DNA of 55,319 nucleotides, filler included, from Jimgerdemannia flammicorona (GCA_003990765.1; 2 parts of 2 records of this genome joined end to end with filler, not necessarily neighbours in it), one strand, 5' to 3'; shown: positions 37,734 to 49,677, numbered from the whole stretch's first letter. Notes: generated from the sequence alone by a model not told the origin. Translations and numbers: made by a program.

Positions 37734-39257
37734 AAAAGAAAAAGAAAGGAAAAGAACTGGATGGCCGTTCCCAATCTGCAAGTCATTGTGGTCGATCCAA
37801 CCAGTGGTGTTGACCCAGTAAACGTTACCACGCTTGTAGTAATTGAATTTCTTTGACGTAGATGTGGTTTGGTTGCGTCGTCCTGGTAGAAGCCGTCTGC
37901 AATTATGTGAAGGGAGACGGAAGAATCCATGTTAACATTAAATGGATGAGAATAAGCTGCAAAAATAAAAATAAAAAAAAGTCACCCCAAGGTGTGCATA
38001 GGCTGTGGCTTACAGCTCTTGAAGTTCCAGGGAGCTAAAACTTGTTGACACCAGTTGCCGTTCTCGGTCTGGCGGAAGAGATAGGACAGGGAGGAAGCCT
38101 TCAGTAAGCCGGCATGAATACGCAACGAAATAGGAATGAAATGTATAACGTACCAGTACTGGAATGATTGCCCCCCCCAGCACAATTGATCCGTCTATCG
38201 GAATACAAAAAAGGTAAACTCCATGAGCATCACTTACAACCTTTACAAGCCTCCAAAGGTATATGTGATAATGAAAAAATTTACCAAACAGATTCCTGGG
38301 TACGCGATCTGATTATCTGTATGATTTCGTCAATAGAGAAACTATTAAAAATCAATGCCCATAGTTACAAATACCAAGCGTTGAAAGGTAGGAAAAAAAA
38401 AAAAGAAAAAAAAAAAGAGATCTCACGTTCAACACCGAAGTACTCGCAGGTCAACCAGGCGTAGGAAGAGAGACCTCTTCTGCGGCATATTGACCCTAAG
38501 ATCGGAACAAATAGAATAAGGAGTAGATAAATGAGTATGGTCGACGGGATGGAAATAAAATAAATGGACATTATAAAGAAAGTACGTACAGAGAGAGAGA
38601 GTCGCCGATGATTGGTACTCAGCAAAATAAAATAATGAATAAACGAGTGACGAATATAACAGCCACAATCCCACCCTGGCATTCCAACTGACCACCGAAA
38701 AATTAATATAATGCTTCTTCCCATCCAGACCGCTCGCCAACAACACTTCAGTCCCTGACGTGACATTCAGGTATTGTCAGTTATTCGAATCGATCTTGAA
38801 CCCGACCATAGTGGGGCTAATTGTTTGCGAGCCAAAGGCTAAACCAAACTTTGATAGAAAAAGTAAGCGTTACGATTTGGCAATAGTAAATCGGTTAGGA
38901 AAGAAACGAAGGGTGAGTGCGGAGAATACGTAAGTGATTGGTGGGAAGAAATAATCACCTGGCTACTTTCAAAGTATATACGTCTTGAAGCCGGGAACAG
39001 CTGCAAATGTCAACGAAGAGGACGGTCTCGAACTAAACATTAAACATCCAAACAATAATTAACTGACAAAGAACTCGCTACTCACACCACTATGACGTAT
39101 GATTGCTATCCCGCCGTCCTGTCCAATAAATCTCCTCACTATTCGGCGAGACAGTCTTCTTCGCCAGGAGGGTTGTGATGAGGGTTGAGGTGAGCATTGT
39201 TGGTGTTTGTAGGCTCACCTGACAAAAATGTGAGCTGTGAGGTATGTGAAAGGTGCA

Positions 39258-40856
39258 GATCTCGGAGTATGTCAGAACTATGTGAAGCAATGGGGTGCGA
39301 CTGCGCAATGGAATCAAGCTCACGATGTGTGCGTGTTCGCTGATTCCCCTCCTGTTCATTTCATTTCTCAGGGAATAGCATCGGCGACGAGGGGGCATGC
39401 GCCCTAGCCGAGTGTTTGAAGCAGAACACGGCCTCGACCTCGCTGGATCTCGGAGGTATGTCAAAACAAGCAATGGATTGCAGCTGCGCAATGGAATCAA
39501 GCTCACGATGTGTGCGTGTTCGCTGATTCCCCTCCTGCTCATTTCATTCTCTCAGGGAACAGCATCGGCGACGAGGGGGCACGCGCCCTAGCCGAGGGGT
39601 TGAAGCAGAAAATGACCTTGACCTCGCTGGATCTCGGAGGTATGTCAGAACTGTGTGAAGCAATGGATTGCGGCTGCGCAATGGAATCAAGCTCACGATG
39701 TGTGCGTGTTCGCTGATTCCCCTCCTGTTCATTTCATTTCTCAGGGAACAGCATCGGCCACGGGGGAGCACGCGCCCTAGCCGAGTGTTTGAAGCAGAAC
39801 ACGACCTTGACCTCACTGGATCTCGGAAGTATGTCAGAACTGTGTGAAGCAATGGGGAGCGGCTGTGCAATGGAATCAAGCTCACGATGTGTGCGTGTTC
39901 GCTGATTCCCTTCCTGCTCATTTCATTTTCTCAGGGAACGGCATCGGCCACGAGGGGGCACACGCCCTAGCCGAGTGTTTGAAGCAGAACACGACCTTGA
40001 CCTCGCTGGATCTCCAATGTATGTCAAAACTGTGTGAAGCAAAATGGGGTGCAGCTGCGCAATGGAATCAAGCTCACGATGTATGCGTGTTCGCTGATTC
40101 CCCTCCTGCTCATTTTATTTTCTCAGGTAACAGCATCGGCCACGAGGGGGCACGCGCCCTAGCCGAGTGTTTGAAGCAGAACACGACCTTGACCTCGCTG
40201 GATCTCCAATGTATGTCAGAACTGTGTGAAGCAATGGGATGCGGCTGCGCAATGGAATCAAGCTCACGATGTGTGCGTGTTCGCTGATTCCCCTCCTGCT
40301 CATTTCATTTTCTCAGGGAACAGCATCGGCCACGAGGGGGCACGCGCCCTAGCCGAGTGTTTGAAGCAGAACACGACCTTGACCTCGCTGGATCTCGGAA
40401 GTATGTCAGAACTGTGTGAAGCAATGGGGTGCGGCTGCGCAATGGAATCAAGCTCACGATGTGTGCGTGTTCGCTGATTCCCTTGCTGCTCATTTCATTT
40501 CTTAGACAACAGCATCGGCGACGAGGGGGCATGCGCCCTAGCCGAGGGTTTGAAGCAGAACATGACCTTGACCTCGCTGGATCTCGGAAGTATGTCAGAA
40601 CTATGTGAAGCAATGGGGTGCGGCTGCGCAATGGAATCAAGCTCACGATGTGTGCGTGTTCGCTGATTCCACTCCTGCTCATTTCGTTTCTCAGACAACA
40701 GCATCGGCGGCGAGGGGGCACGCGCCCTAGCCGAGTGTTTGAAGCAGAACACGACCTTGACCTCGCTGGATCTCGGAAGTATGTATGTCAGAACTATGTG
40801 AAGCAATGGGGTGCGGCTGCGCAATGGAATCAAGCTCACGATGTGTGCGTGATCGC
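39258..40856 (+). repeat. Tandem array of ~190-bp exon+intron units (8 complete exons; 8 complete introns plus a truncated ninth)
   Basis: Near-identical introns of 100-108 nt (GTATGT...GCTGAT...YAG) alternate with 84-nt exons. Confidence 0.97.
39372..40778 (+). pseudogene. RI-like (NLRC3-type) leucine-rich-repeat gene fragment: eight 84-nt exons, no visible 5' end
   Basis: Exons 39372-39455, 39556-39639, 39745-39828, 39935-40018, 40127-40210, 40317-40400, 40506-40589 and 40695-40778 are each open. They encode xNSIG[D/H/G]EGA[R/C/H]ALAE[C/G]LKQNTTLTSLDL[G/Q], and all introns are phase 1. Functional status is uncertain. Confidence 0.85.
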
Positions 40857-41130
40857 AAGCAGGTGCATAGATTTGTACATTAAGGGTTTTGTGAGAAAAG
40901 CGACGCCCAGATATAGGCGAGCAAAGGCACTAATCATCTCCATTGAAGCTTTAAGATCACTTAATTACATAAATAGAAACAGTCAGGACGAAAACGGTTA
41001 CAACATCTGATAGAATTCCAGAACTTTCATTGCACATTTTTAATATAATGCCCTCTAAAGTATATACACCGCAAGTTTGCAAACATGGATGAAAAATCCG
41101 AATAAATGGATATGTATACAATTGATTGAG

Positions 41131-41398
41131 TTATATCCCGACAACCACATTCTTTAACTCGGCTAGGGCGTGTGCCCCCTCGTGGCCGATGCTGTTGTCT
41201 GAGAAATGAAATGAGCAGGAGGGATCGTGAGCTCGATTCCATTGCGCAGCCGCACCCCATTGCTCCACACAATTCTGACATACCTCGGAGATCCAGCGAG
41301 GTCAAGGTCGTGTTCTGCTTCAAACACTCGGCTGGGGCGCGTGCCCCCTCGTGGCCGATGCTGTTGTCTGAAAAATGAAATGAGCAGGAGGGGAATCA
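41131..41398 (-). pseudogene. Inverted 3' end of the LRR gene: exon 9 (41367-41284, 84 nt) and terminal exon (41198-41131, ends TAA)
   Basis: The minus strand reads NSIGHEGARAPAECLKQNTTLTSLDLR, then NSIGHEGAHALAELKNVVVGI*. The intervening intron lacks ~20 nt, including the GCTGAT branch motif. Confidence 0.82.
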
Positions 41399-42485
41399 GC
41401 TTGGTAGTCATTGTTCTACTCCAAGTACCCTCCCAATACAATCTTGTGCACGTTTCGCTCCCGCAACCGAGTAAGCTCCCAAGATTCTGTGCATTGTGCT
41501 GTGTGGTGTTTGAATTATCCAACAAAATACCCGTGGGATTGTCACGTTATCACGATGACGAAGTAACCCGATATTATTTCTTTGAGGTTATGAAGTTTAG
41601 TGCTCAAACGGAGTAAAAAACTATAATTCGATTTATCTGAATCAAGAGCTTAATCCTCAAAATCGGATCCAATCGAACCGAATCACGCCGCAACACCCAC
41701 GCAAACTCCGCTGGACGACTTTTTCTCGCAGCGATATTAGCACAAGGAGACATCGTAAAGGTGCGGGCCGAATGCGAGCAGCCGTTGACGCAGTACGAAC
41801 TTCTGACCTATGGTGTTCTGTTTCCCCTAATGCAGGTCATATGCTTTCCCTGGAAATGTAATCACTAATTAAAGCAAGCATGAACGAAGAGTTTTCTGAG
41901 AATTTTTGATACGATACAAATCGTTCTCATCCTATCGGCATGAAATGACTTTGTCTAAACTCCGCATCAGTTTGCCCGATATTCTTATGGTTACCTCTGA
42001 CTTCGTCGATAACGGCGGGATTCCAAAACTCGGACATCGGGCATACGCAAATTCGTTTGGAAAGATTTTCTCAGTGACCGAAACTAATCTATATTAAAGC
42101 GAGCGATATTTAACCTGCCAATCGACTGATTTCCGCAGCAAATTATGTCGGCATGACAGTTTGTAGTGTATAAACTCGTGGAGTGTTTTCCAGCAGGTTA
42201 GATCGTTTGGCAATCAATGACACCAAAGTCGATTCACCGGATGATGAAACCTTCGACACGCACCAACAAACGCATTTGATGATACCACCGCCATATGCCT
42301 TATTACACCGACAAAAATAAATAAAACGGAATACTTTGTTACGCTATAAAGCTAAAGACCGGGATTTAAAATATCTTAATATTATTTTCCGCCTTGGCCA
42401 ACGGTCGATGGTATTATTCTAGATTCATGGAAATCTTACAATATGGCGAAGTACAGAATTCAAATTCCGTAGGACCAGGGCCAGC

Positions 42486-45400
42486 TTAGACACGACGGAC
42501 AGCCTTGTTGTAATTAGGACTCTCTACATCATTCACTTTAATACCGCCACAGTAGGCACCCAAAATCTCGATGTTGAAGTTTGCTAACTCACTGCTATTG
42601 GCGTTGAAAGAAATTACGCCAATGGCCACGGTGTTTTGCCCGTTGTGCTTAATAATGCCTTCAGGGACAGGGAAGACGGTCTGAGGGCCGAGCGCATTAG
42701 CTGTGAGACAGGAAAATGATGAGTCAGTTTTTTTTTCTTTCGGGACAACTCGTATATATATATATCAATATATTATTAGAGAATAACTTACCGTATTTGC
42801 CAAATTGCCATCCGTTAACATAAAAGATAGCGCGATATTCCTTTGACTTGTCGTCGGTGAAGCGGAAAGCAAGTGGGACGTCGTGACCCGAGGGAATGTT
42901 GAGGTTGAATGTGGTACGGAACCAAGCGACACCAGGTTGCTTGAAGTTGTACGGCAAAGAGACTGATTGCCATTTGGAGTCGCTGAATCCAGGAAGATGC
43001 CATCCAGCACGTTCGCCGTAAAGGCCACCCTCGTTATACGGGCCTCTCACTTTATCGACGATATCTTCGCCACCGAGGTTGCCCTGAACCTTCCATTTAA
43101 TAGCTGTATTGTTACCGCCAACCAAGAGAGCCTTGCCAAATCCACGAGCGGACTTGAATTGATCATCCACGTTCCAGTCTTCATCGTGGCCTGAGGTGAG
43201 CAACAAGAGGGAAATCGAGTTTTCTCCCGATTTAACTTGGCCCTTGGAGAAAGTATACGTGGCATTCGCAGAAGAGGAGGTTGCCGGGATTGGAGTGCCA
43301 CCAAGGTATTCTCCGTTCAACCAAGCAAGGTACCCAGATCCATTACCACCTTGACCTAGCAATTCGAGACCGGTGATTGCGGAAGGCCCGTTGAATTTTC
43401 CGCGGAACCAGATACTTCCGGTATGGTAGCCATAATCATCAGCGTAGAGAACAGGCAAAGTTTCGGGTTGCGTGATGCTGTTTGTAGTCGAATGGTTGGC
43501 AACGATCCAATTACTGTCGTCAAAATTGGGGTCGGTTTCAGGGGAGGCCCAGTTGAACTTCCACTTCGCCTTCAACAAATTCGGCACAGTAATCTTGGCA
43601 GGGCCAGCGAGTTTTCCGACCAGTGTACCGTACAGAGTCGTTTGAACGGAGATCTTTTCGCCATTCCATGTAACGGTTTTCACAGTCTCAGGTGCCACAA
43701 TCTCGATAGTCGTAGTAGCATTGGTGTCACCACGCAAAGCCAAAGTAGTTCCCTTCAATGAGGCACCACGCACCAGATAAGGACCATAAACGAGCACGGT
43801 CTGCTTGTCGTCCACCTTGGGCGCCCAGAACTTGATGGCGTCATCATACCCAGTAAGGTAGAGCAAAAGATCAGGTTCCGCAGCACCGGTGATAACCACT
43901 GGCGTGATGCCCTGATGTTTATAGTTGAGTCTCAAGGTTGTGCCATTGACGCATGTAGTCACGGGGTTGTTGCCAAAGGATTTGACGGCGGGTTTGGCGC
44001 TCCTATTGACTTTGAGCGCGGTCTCGCCATCTTCGCCTTCAAAAGCGTAGAGCAAAGCGACATTGCGTTTACCGATTTGGGCGTGGGTGAAAATTTCGTT
44101 GGTAGAGTACACCAAGTGGTGGGAACCGAAATCGTAACCAGTAACAATAATCTTTGAGTCGCGTCCATCCAAAGTAATAGCTGTGCTAGCTTGTTGAGGA
44201 ATGGTGAAGGTGCCATCGGTGCTGTTGACGTTGAGGTGGAAGGTATCATGCACCAACGATGAGCTGTTTTGGTGACGGACAATGTAGAACTGTGTTCCAG
44301 TGTAGACGTCTTGCAGGGTGTCAACACGGATGTCGCTATTGTCAGCCGTTGAGCCGTTAAACCAAAAGGTGGTAGAAAACGGTTTGACAGTTTGAGTAAA
44401 GTGTCCTTGAAGCTTGAGCTCGCCGTACTTGTACGGCAATTGACGTGACTCGGAAATACCGCCAGCGTAATCGTAGGAAGTGTAGACACCAGGGTAACCG
44501 ATGTTACCCCAGTTCGTACCGCCATAAGTCATGTAAAGATTCAGCATGGTCACCCCTTGGGCGTAGTTGTTCTTATAGAAGACTCTTTCAAATTGATAAT
44601 TGATCAAAGTTGCGCATTTTTCATAGCCTACGCCACCCCAGGGATCGAAGGCACCGCCTTGGAATTCGGGAATGTAAAGGGGCTCGGTAGGATTGAAGGA
44701 TTCGTGGTATCCTCTCCAATAGGTTTGAGCTGAGCCCGGCCAGATGTTGGGGTTCGTGCAGTCGAAGCCTTGAGGGTATGAGTCGAATCTGCAAGACAAA
44801 TATGAAAATATAATGAATAACAAGGGAATAGTATTATAATTGAACCCTGTAGGTTGGTAATGTTGGCCTACCCATAAATATCGACAGCACCTACACCGTG
44901 TCCAAAAGAGCTGTTAGTCCAAGCATCGTTGAAAGTAAGGGGGCTGGTATTAAAAAAATAAAACAAAAAACAAAAAAATAAAAATCAATATTGATCACAT
45001 CGATTCAGCTATTGCAGTCCTTGTAATGAACTTGAAATACATACACGATCACCCCATCTGCGCGGAACTTGTCTTCTAGGGCTTGCATATAACTTGGCTA
45101 CGAGAAACAAACCCAATACGTATAAGGAACCGAAACAACATTACATCGGAATTTTCAATTTGCTCATTGGCCGCTACTGACATCTTGATGGAGGTCGTAT
45201 TCGTTTTCTGTGAAGTAATCATCCATTAGACTCGTGAACACAATGCCCCCGTGGGGACGCACATATACACACCCACACATACACACATATTGAAGATAAA
45301 CTTACCGACTTGATTCAAAATGACTGGCCCTTTATTGGTGATCTGGTTCTTGGCGATGTAAGGGTCGATGGCGGACAGCCATTCAGTCCAAGCAGCAGTA

Positions 45401-46192
45401 TATTCGGGGCTGTAGACACGAGTCAAGTCTTTTGTGGTTGTAAGCCATCCTGGGAAGCCGCCGGAGTCCTAAAAATTGAATGGCGGCAACTTAGAATTAT
45501 TGTGAATTTGCGAGTCATGAAGGATGTAATTATGTAACTTACGACTTCGGCGTTGATATAAGGACCTGTATAGAAAATTAATCTTCTGTACATAAAATAA
45601 AATAATCAAGGGAAACACAAAAGAAATCAAACATACCAGCTCGAGAAATAATGTAAATGCCCACTTCGTTGGCGATGTCGAACAATTTTTGAACATCGCG
45701 AATTCCGGTGAAATCATATTCTCCCGATTTCGGCGAGTGATATCCCCAGCTCTTACCGTCCACAATAAGCAAAAATTAATCACACGCTTTGCGCTACTGG
45801 AGAAAAAAAAAATAAAAGGGCAATAAGCCCACTATCATCATCTTTTCAAGTAACTTACGAAGTATACACTAGCAGCATTGAAACCAGCGGCCTTCATTTT
45901 TTCCAAGACATCCTTCCATAGGTCGGGGGACGGTAAGCGGTAGTACTAAATAGATCAAACCATCGAAATCAGTTCAATTTTTCTTAGGCTTTCTGCAGCA
46001 GAACCCATATAAACATTTACAACTTACATGAAATTCTCCTGAAAAAACGAACACGCGTTCATTGTGGATACTCAGAGAATATTTATCCCAAGTCACGGCG
46101 GTCTGGAGAGCGCGGGTACGAAGAGCAGTTTGGGCGCCCACAAGGAGGGACAATGCATAGGTAATGAAATAGCACCAGTTTTTTGCGACCAT
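42486..46192 (-). CDS. Secreted beta-galactosidase, glycoside hydrolase family 35 (fungal LacA-type, multi-exon)
   Basis: Signal-peptide-like N-terminus; [29 protein letters not shown]; acid/base motif ILNQVENEY; nucleophile motif [50 protein letters not shown]; last exon [16 protein letters not shown] at 42486. Confidence 0.95.
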
Positions 46193-46709
46193 GATTGGAA
46201 TATGTTTAAATATCCAAGAGTGGTTTTGGTTTTCTAGCGTTGGCTTTTATATTGAAATAGATCAATTGAGCGCGAACCATCATCTTGTGATTTATTAAAT
46301 GTTACATGGGACCCAAACAGATTGGCTACAATGTCCGCCAACCACGACTGACATTCTCAAAAAAAATGCCTCAACTGGCCAAAAATTTCCCAACTGGTCA
46401 TTGAAGTTGAGCATCGGATGCATCGTGTTGTGAAGCACACTCGCTCATACGCAGCGATGGTTCCTTAGCAGACAATACAGGCAATACTTATACATTTGGA
46501 AAATCGTGGTACGACCTGGAAGGACGAGAAAATTCCTATTTGGCCAGTATACTATAGAAATATGGACCGGCAATAGAAAATAGCCGCGATTGCCGAAGAT
46601 GGCCTAGCCAAGGTACGTCATATCCTACCACACTAGGCTCTCTCTTGTGCGATGCCGAAGCCAAGTGTACTACAGGTATGGGTCGAACTATCCGGATTTT
46701 CGAGGTCCT

Positions 46710-46744
<35 letters not shown>

Positions 46745-47530
46745 ACAATTGGTCTCGATGCTGAAATGCACACTGTCAACTGTCAATGTCAAGACACGCT
46801 AAATAATGGACAAAGAGTTATCGACGTGTTTGTTTGGACATATACCATGAAAGGATGCCCACACTATTTAACTTTGGATTAACACTTAGTTTCGTGGCTG
46901 TACACCCGTTTTAATAATCCGATAAACGCTCATAAAGTTAGCCTAACTGCCAGTTTGTCTCGTCACTTTGCCTTATATAATTATATAGATGGCATTACCA
47001 TTGATTCAAAATTATGGCGCTTACTTTCGATTACGACATGTGACTGAACCGTAAGCATTCTAGAGTCGTGAACGAGTGACAAGATTACAAACCGCCGGCT
47101 TGAGTTTCCGAACTCACCTCCCGGACAATGGCATGAGGAAATGAAATAGATTATGCTATTTAGGTTACGTAGATGAGCGTGTACATATAATTATACGCTA
47201 TCGTTTTCTGAACGAAAAGCAGCTACATCCAGAAAATCGACGCCTTCTTTAAATATCTATACATCCAAACGGGAACCCGCCGCAGGTAATAGAGATAGAA
47301 AGGGAAACTAAAAAAGGTCAGGAAGCATATGTTATGAAACTGCCGATGAGGTTCGGGGAATCATATTTCCTAGGTGTCATCCGCCAACTAATTAAACAAC
47401 CCCTTTGTGCAGTTCTAATTTTCTGAGGATGACCTCACCAACTTAATTATGTCAAGCCGCGAAGCAGTCATTTCTGTTCTTGTCGATGAAATAAAATCAT
47501 TTCTCTCAAGTCTCGTTTGCAATTATGCAG

Positions 47531-49251
47531 ATGTTGCCCATATATGGCATGTGCCCCACTACAGATATTACGAAGACCTCCTGCGGCTATATCCAGGACA
47601 GCAGCACATTCAAGACTACATCTTTCCGCTTGACAAGCTAGTAAGATGGATGTTTCTGATTATTCATTCAATCGTTCCGCAATCTGATCGCTTACAATCG
47701 CCAGCTCTGATCAAACTGACTTTCGATTATCTCTCACCTTAAGAAAATGGCATTGCCCGTGGGGTCCAAGTTGATCCTCGATCAGTGCAGGTGTGGTTGG
47801 AGCATACAGACAACACCGAACCATACATCTTGAGAAGAGAAAATTGTTCAAATGTCGCCAAATGTAGTACCGACACAGTCTCCGGGCGCCGGTTTCTAGA
47901 CGATATCGCCAAGTATAAATCCTCAATCAATTTATCGCGTACGTTCCGAACTTTGCAATTATGAATCCGTCTATCGCCTATTTTTCCTTCAACCCACTTA
48001 ACCTTCCTTTGCTCTTCGCCCAAATGGTTGCGTCGAACACGGGCTACTACGATGCGACAGCCGCGGCGCGTGAGCACGCGGGGCTCTTCATTAAAAAAAA
48101 CTGGGATAAACTGAACAACGGATCAAATTGGAAGAATTGTCGGTGGAAGAAGATCGGAGCAATTTTGGGCCAGGTGGTGGCCGCGCTGAAAAACGAGCAG
48201 GCATACAAACTTCAGTGTCAGGAACATGCGCAGATCATACATGGGACTCGTCATGCCATTTTCTATCGATCTCACGGCTACCGCAATCCGCCAACGCGAA
48301 TTCACGAAGAAGATGGTGGTCGGAATGAGTTTCGGTAAGCCTGAGATACTTTCAAACTGCGTTAAGCGATATTTCATGTTCTTGATGCTCATGAAGAAAT
48401 TTAGGAACATCCAGGATACAGAGGGTCTGTGCCGACACTCGCTATTGATTAGTATAATGTATAAAATGCTCTGGATGAATACAATTTCGTTTTGTTGTGG
48501 ATTTCGTCCTTTTATTGACATTCAACAATATTCAACCATTCCGTAGATCTGGCTTGGCATACACACCAGCTAAGCGCGTCCAAATATCGCGCGTATACCA
48601 CCCAAGCATTTGGTAGGGTCACTAGTCATGACAATATCAGAAAAGGAAAGCCAGAGAGTAGTTTCGTTCAAACGGCCTGGCGATGGCACAATACCTACAA
48701 AGGTATAAATTGTGCCAATGTAATTTCCTTTTTCTAAGAGAATTTCTTTTGACAAACTGTCATCCATCTTGCAAATGTCCTCCAACTAGAACCGTACACG
48801 TGCGAGAGAGAGCCTTGTCTCCAAATACTTGAGCGTTGGTAGGGTCGGTGTGAGTATCATCTTCCCACCCTACGGCATTTATGTCATCGTCAAGGCTATC
48901 AGGCGAAGAAAGATGGACGTGCGGACGGACGAACGGGCGAGCGGACGGGCGAGCGGACGGGCAAGTGGGATCGTAAGTGTGCTATTTTTTACTTTTACTT
49001 TTAAATATAGCCCGGTAGTCATTTTTAGTGCACACTTTTTACTCTCGCACGAATTCTCGTCATTTCAATTCAACCAACACCCCGTTCACACAGCATGTGG
49101 CGTGGTCTACCCAGTATACTTCGCTGGCGCCTGTGGCGGCGGGATGTGCGCAGCCGGCACGTGCGGCGTTGACACCAGCGGGAGCGGTGGGGTGGTGGAT
49201 GCAGTGGTGGCGGAGCTGGATGCGGCGGATGCGGCGGTGCGGGTTTCGTGA
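47531..49251 (+). pseudogene. Glycine-rich domain-containing protein (GRDP/DUF1399) pseudogene
   Basis: Motifs DVAHIWH..RYYEDLLR, PFSIDLTATAIRQREFTKKM, RYFMFLMLM, VPTLAI/DLAWHTHQL and a Gly/Cys tail (AGACGGGMCAAGTCG) lie in different frames. The expected donor at 48448 reads ATTAGT. The 5' boundary is uncertain. Confidence 0.75.
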
Positions 49252-49661
49252 ATCTTCAGGATTATTGAAACGGAAGGATATGCGCAGTAACTATCAATAG
49301 TAGTGTTATGATATCAATATAAATATGTATCAATGCCACTTAAATATGATATGCCCTGTTGCAGCGATTGTAACCAATATAAAATATACACCTCAATGTG
49401 AGAAAATAGTCCCAAAGGAAAAGAATGCAAACAGAACAAGTAAATCTACCACTTTCAGTTTCAATATCGCCTCTTATATTTTTATAGTTCTGAACTGTTG
49501 TGTATCCAAGAAAATGATGGAACATGTCATTATACAGTCTGGATAATTGATCACAATACTGAATAGGAAACAGAAAACTTTGGTGAATATGGATAATCGG
49601 TGCCAGATCCAAACGGCATTGCTCGTTCTTCGGCAATTATATGCTCTTATAACATCAATAA

Positions 49662-49677
49662 CCCCCCCCCCCCCCCC

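Noticed and set aside
39258..40856. CRISPR-like repeat/spacer array
   Set aside because: Both alternating parts are conserved, with no unique spacers. The units are GT-AG introns plus LRR exons, in a eukaryotic context with no cas genes.
39090..41616. Unspliced and antisense ORFs across the LRR array (e.g. MSRRGISEHAHIVSLIPLRS...)
   Set aside because: They are by-products of the repeat unit; only the spliced 84-nt exon frame gives a recognisable fold.
41700..42320. Protein-like fragments on + (RLFLAAILAQGDIVKV..., LDRLAINDTKVDSPDDE...)
   Set aside because: No recognisable family and no consistent exon model.
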